64,000 nt of DNA, taken from positions 2,976,001 to 3,040,000 of the forward strand of contig CM120646.1 in NCBI GenBank assembly GCA_051362555.1. Direction: 5' to 3'. Position numbers and translations under genes: made by a program. This stretch comes from Lingula anatina (Eukaryota; Animalia; Brachiopoda). Position 1 is the first letter of the stretch. Every line of letters begins with the position of its first letter. Positions 37,030-48,962 of the stretch are shown here, piece by piece. The notes under the pieces were generated by a model. That model searched no databases and was not told where the DNA came from. It saw nothing but the letters and a program-made list of their open reading frames with translations.

Positions 37030-39084
37030 GAGAGGGAGGGGGGATTTCTTAGTTGGGTTTACTCTGATTATATATGAGATGTCTAAATATTTGTAAGATG
37101 TTCATTAGGAAAATGTACAACCCTCTCAAGTTTATGATTATTATTATTTTTCTTCTTTAGAATATACACAAGATGAAGCTTTGGTTGTGGCAGGTGATGG
37201 GCGTTGCGACAGTCCTGGTCACACAGCAACTTTTGGCACGTACAGCCTGATGGACACAAAAACCAACAGAATCCTCACTACTAATGTTGTGAAAGTGACT
37301 GAAGTCCCAAATTCTTACCATATGGAAAACGAAGGCCTTGTGCGTTGTATGCAGGATTTACATGTAAGTTGAAAGTTGCTGTATGTTATACTACTGTAAT
37401 AATTATTTTAATTGATCTAGTCATCTCTCCCAGATGTGCACCCGTCTCACTACACGTATTCCTACATGAATTATTGTTCTTTGCAGAATTCAGGTGTTAC
37501 TGTGCACACTATTGCCACTGACAGGCATCCACAAATAACAAAAACCCTTAGAGAGAAATACCCCTCCGTCGAGCAGCAGTATGATGTGTGGCACTTGGAT
37601 AAGTCGGTGAAGAAGAAGCTCTCTGCAGTGGTTAAAAAGAAGGAGTGTGCAGATTTACAGCCATGGGCAAAAGCCATCAGTCATCATCTGTGGTGGTCAG
37701 CTGACTCTTGCCAGGGGAATGCACTGGAGCTAAAGGTAATTGAATTGGAAGGACAGGTCTTACAAAATTCATTGGATGTAAAAGTTAGAAGTAATCCAAA
37801 ATGATCACTGCTTGTCATTGAAGCTTTTTTACAGCTTGTGATCCTTTGCCACACAAGTCAAATCAAGTTTTGGTTGCACAGCTGTCATGTTTTTTTTTTG
37901 TTTTGTTTTTTTAGGAACGTTGGCAGTCTATCTTAAGACACACTGTTAACATACATGAGTGGACAGTAGGCCAACGCTTCTTGAAATGTGCTCATGAGGA
38001 TTTATCAGATAAGCAGTCCAGGAGCAAGAAATGGTTGAAGGCAGGTTCCCCTGCCCACAAGGCTCTCCAGTCCATAGTATTGGATAAAAGACTAACAAAA
38101 GACCTTGAGTCGGTAAGTGACATTAGAAATTAAGAAAAATGACAATTTTATTTTGACCGATTAACTCTTATACAGTAGTTTGTTCTTTAGAAATATTATT
38201 TTCCATTACACATTGTATCTATATACTTTTGTCACACTTTTTGTGTCAGGATTACTAGCTGTTCTCCTTACTGTATTAATTTATTTCAAGTTTTAAAAAG
38301 TGCGCTTTTCACTGATGAAATACTACCCAGAGGGGAATAATTCTTTCATTATTTTACTTACATAATTCTGGAGTGAATTTCCATTGATATTTACTCATAT
38401 GTATGTTATTTCACATTACCAGGTTACTGGATTTTGTCACACTGGCCACTTGGAAGTATATCATAACATGCTGCTCAAGTATGCCCCAAAGAGGCTCTCA
38501 TTTAGTTACGAGGGAACAGTGGCCAGAACATTGCTAGCAGTACTCGATAACAATCACAATCAGAACCGGGAGCAAGTGGTGAACAAGAATGGTACACTTC
38601 GATGGAACGTCCGATGGTCTAAAGTAACCAAACGCTTTACCGCACAGAAGGTTATGGGCCAAAAGGATATGGAGTTCCGTCAACACTTGATGCAGTGTGC
38701 AGTAGATAGAGTAGAAAGAGGTAGATATTTTTTCCAAAAATATTCCTTGGTAACAATACACAGGAGATTGAGATTAACAGTTTCAGAAGTGTAAATTATT
38801 CATGATATCAATTTTTATTAGCTACTTTATAATGTGACTGTTTAGGATATAAATGTGACAAAGACAACCTTATACATTTCATATATTTTTGTTGGTCAAC
38901 ATATTTTTATTATATTACAATAATTAACATTATCTGTTTATTGGAAATTACAGGGCTTGGGGAAGAAATTGACAAGATTTTTGTCCCAGAGTTAGCAAGG
39001 AACACTGTGGCCAAGACGCCGAAGCCCACTAGAGATGAAGTTGTACAGGGACACATTTCTAGATTCCGCAAACTGACATATTAG
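34868..39084 (+). CDS. Kolobok transposase (THAP domain + DDE core), 7 exons
   Basis: Exons 34868-35275, 36036-36945, 37161-37363, 37487-37735, 37915-38112, 38423-38720, 38954-39084 (2397 nt, 798 aa, no stop or frameshift). THAP: MPQSCVAPGC...W...ICSDHF...AVPSIF. Core: GDGRCDSPGH, ATDRH, YDVWH, H-x4-H-x8-C-x-H (HTVNIHEW...KCAH), HTGHLEVYH, C-terminal HISRF. Confidence 0.88.
36198..36390 (+). repeat. 36-bp coding tandem repeat (PCCNGQPAPCPS, about 5 copies) inside the transposase
   Basis: Units start at 36198, 36234, 36270, 36306 and 36342 and are in frame within exon 2. Confidence 0.9.
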
Positions 39085-39359
39085 ACTTGATTATTATTAT
39101 TCAGTAACTTGAGCAGTTCATGTGTCCTTATTTTATGAATATATACAAGTACAGTTGATCCTTCAAATGTATATTCTAATCATTGGAAAAATAATCAGTG
39201 TGAATTGTAGCAGCAGACTAATAAGCACTACAGATGTATGTTATGCATTAACTGTACAGAGTTCATGTTCTAAATGCAGTTCATTGTAAAGGTCCACAAT
39301 CACAAAAATAAAGCAAAAATAAATGTTTAAATGTAGGCTTATTCATATATTGAGCATAA

Positions 39360-40112
39360 TCACACATCCTCATGGCCGTCCATTGGTCCACCCAGTACCT
39401 CATGATAACCTTCATAACATCCATCTTTTTCTGGAAACCGTTTCCTTATTGAGGTCACTACACAGGCAGGAATAACTTTTCTTCGCCTCCTCCCCAGCTT
39501 CCCATATATCCACCATGTGAAGCTTCTGTACGCCACATATCTGTACATTCTAGAAAATAAAAATGTGGTATGATCATTTTTTGTGTTATTAATTCTCAGT
39601 GGAACATGTCACCACCGCTTCAATGAACGATAATAATCAGTTAAATAATTATTTTAATATAAAATGAGTTAATATACAGGACTTAGTTTAGTGGAAATTA
39701 AAATACAACCGGACTAAACGACATTCCGAAAAGCGCCGCTATCATTGTCTTACCTGGTCGTAATTGGGTCACGCAGACTTTCCCCGAGCACTTCTTTCAT
39801 CGATGCCATGAGGATCTCCAGCATGTCTGCGTCTAAACATGCATTATTGTAGGTCTGTAGTTCGGTAACGCATCTGGTATCGTGCTTCATTTTGGCAGAC
39901 ACAGCAGTGTTTTCACTACAGCACGTTGATTCCACAAAGGTGGGCATAAGCTCACAATGGCCACACTCGCACCACGCCAAATCGTTTAGTCGGCTGACTG
40001 TAGAGAGCTCTCCTTCACTATCTTCCTGGTCCGTTTTCCACTCGGCATCATCCACATCTTCTGCAATACCCTCTGGTTCAAACAAATATCCTTCAATTCG
40101 TTCTCTGTTCAT
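39360..40112 (-). CDS. KolX accessory protein (P2X7 C-terminal ballast/Zn-binding-like domain), 2 exons
   Basis: Exons 40112-39754 and 39549-39360 (549 nt, 182 aa). YLFEP, WCECGHC...STCC, and RYVAYRSFTWWIYGKLG...IPACVVTSIRKRFP...GCYEGY match the KolX/P2X7-tail motif pattern. Confidence 0.85.
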
Positions 40113-41899
40113 TTTTACAAAATAGTTCAGACAAAGCGATCGAGTAAATGTAAGTAAGCGGATAGCTGAATCGAATATGGCTTTCTGAGCCTCGACGCCA
40201 GTGACGTCACTCGCCTCAAAGCGCCACCACGCGGGAGTATCGTAAACTACATTCACACCTGCATAGAATCGGCTTTAAAAACTAAATAAACGTAAGAACT
40301 TTTTTTTCATTACTCAAAAATGACTTTTGGGCACCTAATGGATAGTTTAAACCCGTTTTTCCATCACAGTATACCTTTAACTTGCATTGATGGCTAACCG
40401 CAACGAGTTTTCAGGGTACGAAACCTTTCAATTCTCTTTCCAAGTTCAACCGTAGGTGAAAATATGCTCGTTCTGTGGTCCTTGTTGTCACAGAAGGCAG
40501 TTGATGTGCACTGCTCTTTTTACGAAATCATTACAAAGCGTCTGCAACGTGGCGGAATCTTGACATATACATGTATTTTAAAAGCTGTAGGAGTAGAGTA
40601 ACTGCGTGGTACGGAGCACTACATTTCAAGTGGCATTTTTGGAGACGAAACGTTTTACGAAAGTTGTGTCATGATGGAAAGCCTTTTCTCCTGCATTTCC
40701 ATTTTTGCTTAAATTCCATAAATCTAGAACACTTCAATCTCCAACACACTGTGGTAAAGTAAGTGGTGATCGCAATCTGTGGTTATTCACGACAAGCTTT
40801 CCGTGATGTGGGAAATTATAGCCATAGGAGCAGAACACCTGATTCCCCTCACAGAATTAAAAACAAAAGAATAAAAATGGCGATCTATTAACTGAAGCAA
40901 ATTCCTTTAAAACAGTTTCTTTGCCAATGAAACCTCAGCGTGCGTGCTTGTTTCTAATAACCTCTGTTTTTGTTCTTGACGGGTTTGTTTGTGTATCTTG
41001 GATATGACTGAATCGTTTCACAACGGCTTAATAATGATGTTTGAAAGGAAAGTCATGCTCCTTGAAATCCGATTATTGTTTTTGACGAGTGGCCTCCCAC
41101 CAGAACACAAAATGGCTACATGGGTTAATATAATAGTTGGAACCTGTTGCTTGGATTAGCTGTATGGCAAGGATCGCTTACCTGAAAAATAAGATATCTC
41201 ATTACAAAATTTGTTTGGAGAATGAATTGTCATATTGAGTTTGTTTGTGTCGTAAAACTTGACTGGTCTTGGTGTGCCATAGCTGAGAGTGGGTTTGGTA
41301 TGATGGGGTGGGGTGGGGTGGGGTGGGGGGGGGGGTGAGGGAGTTCCTTTTCTCAAGCTAGTTCCCTACTGTTTGAACCAATCACATTTTATCTGGTAAT
41401 TTTGGCGTTGTCAAACGTGGGGGAGGGGGGGGGGGGGCGTTTCGCTGATTCCATCGCGTTCTAGCCAGTAACATGAGCTGACTGTTTGTATTTCGTGCAG
41501 TGGGAAAATGGTCTAAGAATAGACAACAAGAAGAAAAAGAGGTCTGATCATTTAGCATTACAGGGATTGAATATTACTCTACATACAGAGACAGAGCGTT
41601 AGACACAAACAAGTGCAAAAACAAAGAAAGAATAAAGCACTGAAACGCCAATACTTAGCGACAAAGCAGATTGATACAAATCTAACAGCTTCGACCTGCA
41701 ATGAGCAGAATTTGAAATCAGTTTACGGCCATTTTTATATTGAGGGGGAGTTAGGGGGGTGAACCAAGACGTACCCAGTCCTTGGCGAAATTTTCAGTAC
41801 GTGTGAAGGCGTGTGAAGGCGGGTTAATTTTAATTGCAGTTTATTGAAAGGATTGCCAGTATTTATGACACTGACGTCCGCTGATATTTCACATGGTGA

Positions 41900-42478
41900 C
41901 CTCTTGAATGTACTAATATCTATTTCTATATGTAAGTGCCATACGTGATCAGTTACACCTCTTGAATGTACTAATATCTATTTCTATATGTAAGTGCCAT
42001 ACGTGATCAGTTACGCCTCTCGAATGTACTAATATCTATTTCTATATGTAAGTGCTATACGTGATCAGTTACGCTTCTCGAATGTACTAATATCTATTTC
42101 TATATGTAAGTGATACACGTGATCAGTTACGCCTCTTGAATGTACTAATATCTATTTCTATATGTAAGTGATACACGTGATCAGTTACGCTTCTCGAATG
42201 TACTAATATCTATTTCTATATGTAAGTGATACACGTGATCAGTTACGCCTCTTGAATGTACTAATATCTATTTCTATATGTAAGTGATACACGTGATCAG
42301 TTACGCCTCTTGAATGTACTAATATCTATTTCTATATGTAAGTGATATACGTGATCAGTTACGCCTCTTGAATGTACTAATATCGAATTCTATAAGTAAG
42401 TACCGTACGTGATCATTTACGCCTCTTGAATGTACTAATATCGATTTCTATAAGTAAGTGCCGTACTTGATCAGCTAC
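41900..42478. repeat. 58-bp minisatellite, 10 tandem copies
   Basis: Unit about CCTCTTGAATGTACTAATATCTATTTCTATATGTAAGTGATACACGTGATCAGTTACG, starting at 41900, 41958, 42016 ... 42422; no spacers. Confidence 0.95.
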
Positions 42479-45400
42479 TACTTGATCAGCTACGCATCAA
42501 AAGAGGTTTTTTTTATCTTACATTAATTTTGCAGCTGAGCCAAGGCTATTAATGCATGCGCCACTGGCATGACAGGCCTTTCTATGGCAACATTGCTAAT
42601 GGTTAAGTTCCGCAAAAGTGAAATAAAAACAACTACGATGTATGAGCATTCTTCTCAGCATTTAGTTATACATGTAGGCTACATTGACTTATTTACCGGT
42701 ACATGTGTATGTACATAGGGTATATACATGAACGGTGACTTATGAGTTAATATACACTAATATGAACATTTTTTCTATCAGATAAATTTATTGTTTCGTT
42801 TTTTAATTCACTTTTTCATGCACAGTTAAGATACTATGCGGGCACCCATCCTCGATGCAATGGTGTAATATTATAATAAATGTCCTTCACATTAATACGT
42901 TTACATTAACAGGACTGTTGAAATGAACATGAAATATTTCATGCGACTCGTACACTTTAATCCTTCCTGATAGGAGTTTGACCAGATCATCTCATCGTGA
43001 TAATGAGCATCTTATGAACCTCTTTCGTCAGCAACCTTAATTATAGGAATATATTATTGCCTATAGTGTTTGCTACCATTATTGCCGATACAGTACTGTG
43101 GCACGCATGTAACGAACTGCAGTGGCTTTGCCGGTCCCCCCCCTTCCAATATGCATATGATGACGCTTTTCACACAATTTTTGCTTTGATCTGTAAATGA
43201 TTAAGGCTTTAGAGACGTAAAGCGTTTGATGGAACGGTAATTCATGAACAATAAAGTAGGAGAAGTATCTATTTTCCCTAATTTTGTGAAAAATATTCAG
43301 TAATATACTAATAACATAGCGGTAGATATTTCCGTCTCTGCTAAACACTAATTAAATAGGGGAAATATGTTGTATTTCACTCACCATATAGATATAAAAC
43401 AATCAATACAGGTAGATAAAATGAATCAGCGACACTGGTTGGAATATTCACCAGTACAGCCCTACCCTTTAACAGAGCTGTTACAGAATTGTATGAAAGA
43501 CAAAAGCAATTTTGGACAGCTAGAAAGGCGCTGGTATAGACTACTAGACGGGTGACTAGTAGCTTGGACATAATAGCGTTATTATGTCCAAGCTAGTAGT
43601 ATAGCTCTTTGCTGCAATATACATGTGTTGTGGACAAATAACTCACGTCTATAGCTTATAACAACCATCTTAGCCAGAAAGGTACGAAAAATATTAACCA
43701 GGATCGAACAGCAGTTGAATTCTAGATATATATTTGAAAACAACGACATTACCTTTCGTTAGCTGTGTCTTGTACTCACCGTAGCCTGTATAATCACCAA
43801 AGACCTCAGATGGGGTGCTCTTCAGGACAAAATGTGTCAACAGGCTCGGATCCGAGTCCCCCCGGGTCAGAGCTTTGAATTCGGTCACCTCTGTTACACT
43901 GTACCCAATCACTTCTCTCCGTTATGGTCCCGCTAGTGAGGTGAACGCGTGGTCCCTCAGTAGCATTTGAGTCATGAAGCAATCAATGGCAAGTTATTGA
44001 TCGCTTTGACTCGTTTTCAAAGGCCGCTTTTAAATCTGGTTTTCCTTGCTTTTGTTAACATTGGAGTCATTGTAATACAGTCAGACAGGCAACTGTCTTG
44101 GCTTCACATGTTAGCAGTCCACCCGTCAATAGAAATGCCCCATATAAACTGCGCAGTTAATGTATATTAAACCACCGCTTGGATGAGTCCGCTGAAGGAC
44201 GGAGTGTTTTGTAGAAATCCCAGCGGGTAGTATCACCTTGACGCGACCAGTCAAGGCACACCTGAAGATTGAGTGCTGAAATCGAGGCTGTTATATTGAT
44301 TGCTATTTTTCGTTTGAATAGTCCAGCATTGTCTGCATATTATGCGTCTGTTGACTAGCAGTGCGACTATTTAACGATTGTTGTTTTTAGGAATAGAAAT
44401 GCAATAGAATGGGGGCTCAAATAAAACAATTTTGATTGTGAGTTAGCCTACCCGATGTGTTGTGTCGCATTTTTAGTTGACAGAAAATTTGTTGTACTGT
44501 GCGAGAAAAAGAAAGATTTTTAGACATTGGAGTCATATATATATATACAGTATATATACGTTTTCCTTTTCTTTTCATGGCATTTCTGTAACTTAAGCAC
44601 GTTACTTTGAGTAAACTACAGAAAAGTTGAAGGTGTACGAGTCCGTTGAAAACAGCAGGAGGCGTGTTAAACTGTTAATCTGATTGCATTTAGCGAGAGT
44701 CCCCGCGGATTTGGATCGATCTACGTAGAACGATGGCTTCATTGGAAATTAACCCCATTACCTTCCACTTCTTTTAATTACTGTTATGAACGTCATATTG
44801 GCATAAGATGTTATTGGATCTTACATGTAAGTCGTGATGCTTTTGTTTTTACCGGGTGGTAATCGGGCTAGTAGTACATGCACGACTTACGCCACTGAAG
44901 AACTGTAAACACGTACAAGAGTATAATTATCGAGGCCATATTAACACCTTCGAGGCACGATATAGCAGTAGAACTTAAACTGACGTCACCTTTGTGGTAA
45001 CTTTGACAATACAATCGTCATATAGGGTCTACTGGACAGGTCAATTTGACCCTGTGTAAATACGTATGTATGGTCAGTAGTCCACCATGACACAACACAA
45101 AGATATCACTTAATTGGAGCTTTTTGTTATACATGGCTTATATTATTTAGTTCTCTATTGCTATATCCTAACTGGTAGTTGTTAAGCTCAAATTTTCACG
45201 TCAGTTCAGGGCGGTGCATACCGTCAACACCCAGTCAAAATCATGGCCAAAAAATGACCAGGCGTCTAATGTTGTAAGGCACATTTGGAGTGCGGTGTGC
45301 AAAAACTGAACTCTTCTGTACTTTTCTTTTATTCTGTCTAGTTTTTTTATATTTTATTTTTAGCTTTATTTTATTATTTATTCCATTTGTGTATCTCCTT

Positions 45401-47581
45401 TTTAAAAATGTGATTACAATTATTATTGTGTTAGTGAAGTGGGGTGTCTATGTAATATGGCGGACAAAGATTGCAGCAGTTGAGACAGATGGAATGTGTT
45501 TTCTACACCGGTTCATCCAATGAAGTGAACTGTTGTACCAGCAACACAATCACTCAGCTTGTGACCAGAAATCTTGAAGCTGTTAGTTTATTTCATGAGT
45601 TCGCATACACTGCAAGCAATACATTTTATTTCTCGATTTCTTGTGTAAAAAATGAAATAAAAGTCTCTTGTAGACCTACATGAATTGTCTATGTTGTTTA
45701 CGTCAAGATAAATTTTAGGCGGTATTCCGAGAAATATCCTTGTCTAAAAATATATTAATTCCAATCTTACTCACCTGATTCAAATTGCAGAGAACATTTG
45801 AGATCTTTAACGATTATATTCCTATCAACGCAAAATCATTTGGATAGATGCCAAAATGCATTGGTTGAAAATACCATTTCGATCAGTTTTTATATCCAGG
45901 CACTAAAATGTAACAATATACCCAGATTAAAGTAAAGCATGCGTATCAGATGCTCGCACAGAGAGAACTATTCCTGTAACATATGTACATAAAAGGATTG
46001 GAGTCTTTTGCAAAAATGATTTCTCGACAACATATACCAATTAAATATTGTTTTGCCTGCTTTTTATTTTGTGCACCATGGATTCATTCGCATGGCAATA
46101 TCAAAACATTTCGCTACATGTTGCATCTAAAATTAGTAAAACAAAGTTTATCACAGTCCATCTTGTTTAGGGATGGGTCACAACCTTGTTTTCTGATTTG
46201 CTCACATCAGGGGGCGTGTCAGTAAATAAGGATTTTGATTGGTTGCCAAGGAGGTGTGGACGTTTACGTCTTCGAGCTATGTCTTAACAGCATCGTCTGG
46301 TATCCGCGCTTCTTTATCAACTAACAGCTGAACTATCCTATCGCCTAAGTAAAGATTTATTGCTCGTTTTGTTTGCCCTGATATGACCAAAGTCTGGCCA
46401 TCCGCCAAGGGGACTAAGTAATCAGGATAATCAGCAAATGATGCTTGAAATTAAATACGTTTTTGATAACTACATATACATGACGTAAGCCTGTTTGTTA
46501 TCTAAAGGTTACGTCACAACAAGACTATTGAAGTGACGTTCTGTCTGGACTGACTTCGGTGGCACACGTTCACCAACTAATAAACCATCTTGTGTGGTAT
46601 AAGGATTTGGGTAGGCCTAATTATTTTTCTGTTGTAACTTCTATTAAAATTTCTTTTAGTAAATTAGTTACTAGTTCGCTTAAGCAATCCCAGTATCATG
46701 TTTGAAATCGTTTACACCCCTTGGGGACCCACAAGTTACATGTGTCATTACGGACGAAAGTATATCTTTAGTACATGTTTATGGTCAGTACATATGATAG
46801 TATGTTATTATATATATACATATATATCATATTACATATGAGACTGAAGAGCTGACACAGCTGTGTAAGATGGCTCTATAGCGTTAACAAATAATAAGAC
46901 AAATAAATTAATAAAAAAGAAAAGAAGTGGGTAAATGGATCACGATCTGTAGTGGTTGACTGTCATCAATTGTTATGATACTGACTACTAGAAAGAAAAA
47001 AGACACCACGCACAGACGATAAGATAAAACAAAATCTTCATCATTTAAAAGTATTGCCTTGGGTACACTGTACACAGTTTTGACTCGATCGTTTTATTAG
47101 CATCTATATTGCGCTCAAAATAAATAATCAGACAAATAAAAATAAAAATGAAAGAACTGAAATAGAAAATGACTTATTTAACATTAAGAGTGTATTACTA
47201 TCATATTATGTGGTAAAGCACTTTTGGTATCACACATGTATTTGCGTTTATTAGATTAAAACAAAGCATGCTGCACTATCTCCAGAAATTCTGTGTACCA
47301 AGTAACCGGTGAATGCTGGATAAAACCATGTTGTTACTAAACAAACAAACATCATGCTCCTTTGTACACGGCGGATTAAAACAATTTTGTCCCATGAGAA
47401 TAAACATTTTGATCTGTATACTGCTATGCAATTACGTGATAACAATTATTCTAACATAAGACGTCAATTTAGAACCGCTGTGTGATCGGTAAGACAGTGC
47501 TATTTTTCTCGCCATTGCTGACTCTAGCATTACGTTCAACGGAGAGTTTCAATTACTAACAGTTTTTCTACAGAGTTAATG

Positions 47582-47584
<3 letters not shown>

Positions 47585-47650
<66 letters not shown>
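47585..47650. repeat. Compound (CA)n(GA)n microsatellite
   Basis: Directly visible. Confidence 0.9.
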
Positions 47651-47654
<4 letters not shown>

Positions 47655-48655
47655 GAACATGGCACCTTGATGCAGTAAACCGTGACTCCCCACACACATT
47701 ATTTCATCGTGCTCATCAACCAACCATGATGCCCAGTACATTCCTGGCCCTACTATTACATCATTCCAGAAGTAGGGTTAAGGGTGCTCTCTCTGAGACA
47801 GCACGTACATAAATTCTTACATAAACTTGGCAAGAAACGTGTTCTCCTATCTATAAGCTATCTAATTTCAGGCCTTCCTAACCGCCACGCTGTGTGCTCG
47901 CATACTAGTCATAGGTCAAGGAGATGACTATGTACACACGCCCTCTTGTTAACCAATCAATTGTGTTATCTAATCACACACCCCCAGGTGGGAGCCAATA
48001 GAAAACAAGGTGAGGGTTAAGCCCCCTGAGCATCCAGTGCATTGAATGCCAGGCTGTCTTGATCCGGGGGCCTGGGATCCGTTTTAAATAACGGATTCAG
48101 TTGAAACTTGTTTTAAACACTTTGTGATAGAAGTCGCATTGCAAGTTGTATAGCCTGTAACCGTATCCTTGACTGTTAATATAGTTTTTGGCACCTTAAT
48201 TATAGAATATTCTGTAAGGTAATCGTCAATGTAAATAAATAAATAAATAAATAAATAAACAGAATATCACAGTGTTACATGACAGCTGCTCATGATTAAC
48301 CTCATCGACACAACTGTTTTATTTTGAATTTTCTTCTTTCAGGGTAGGCTGTGTATTTCTAAGCCACTACGAGAGAGAGAGAGAGATCGAGAGAGGTCTT
48401 AACTGTTCTTTATTATCTACAGTTATGTGCTTTTGTTCTTGTTACTTTGCTGTAGGACTGTTTAATGCTGTTAGTTGCCGTGCCCTCCGTTTAACCATCT
48501 TGTCTTGTATAAGATTAAAAGAGTGCGCCGAGTTGGTGGAAAAGCAACCCTTGATTGTCTGTACGCCCGCTGTGTTTGCTGTGATTCACAATATACAAAC
48601 ACACGTAATCGTAGATAGCGCGCTGTTTCTTGGAGTGTTGTTAAAAAAGAGAAAA

Positions 48656-48962
48656 GAGAAAATCTGCAAAGACTTTTATAGCAACCAAAAACAGTATTTT
48701 TAAGAGGTTACATGTCTGTTTGTTAGTTACTAAGGAAACTCCAATACTGTAAATTCATTAGTATGTAGAAATTTATTCCTTATTATCAATTTTTCTTAGA
48801 ATGTGAAAATGGAGAAGAGAGAAAATCTGCAAAGACATTTATAGCAACTAAGAACAGTATTTTATAAAGGTTACTTGTTTGTTTGTTTGTTTGTTACTAA
48901 GGAAACTCCAATACTGTTAATTCATTTGCATGTAGAAATTTATTCCTTATTATCAAGTTTTC
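48656..48962. repeat. Two-copy tandem duplication, about 163 bp
   Basis: GAGAAAATCTGCAAAGAC...GTTACTAAGGAAACTCCAATACTG...TGTAGAAATTTATTCCTTATTATCAA occurs at 48656 and 48819. Confidence 0.8.

Larger units (their letters stand above)
34614..40376 (+). mobile_element. Autonomous Kolobok-superfamily DNA transposon
   Basis: TTAA|AGGCCTACTGTG ... CACAGTATACCT|TTAA (12-bp TIR, 10/12 match, TTAA TSD) enclosing a THAP-DDE transposase and a convergent KolX gene. Confidence 0.88.

Noticed and set aside
39360-40256. P2X7 purinergic receptor gene
   Set aside because: No TM helices or ATP-binding ectodomain, and it lies inside transposon TIRs, so it is KolX. The ORF-track start at 40256 is probably upstream of the true ATG at 40112.
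34614-40376. piggyBac element (TTAA TSD)
   Set aside because: The termini are AGG..CCT rather than CCY..RGG, and THAP plus KolX are Kolobok features.
41900-42478. CRISPR array
   Set aside because: The units are contiguous with no unique spacers, no cas genes are present, and the context is eukaryotic; this is a minisatellite.
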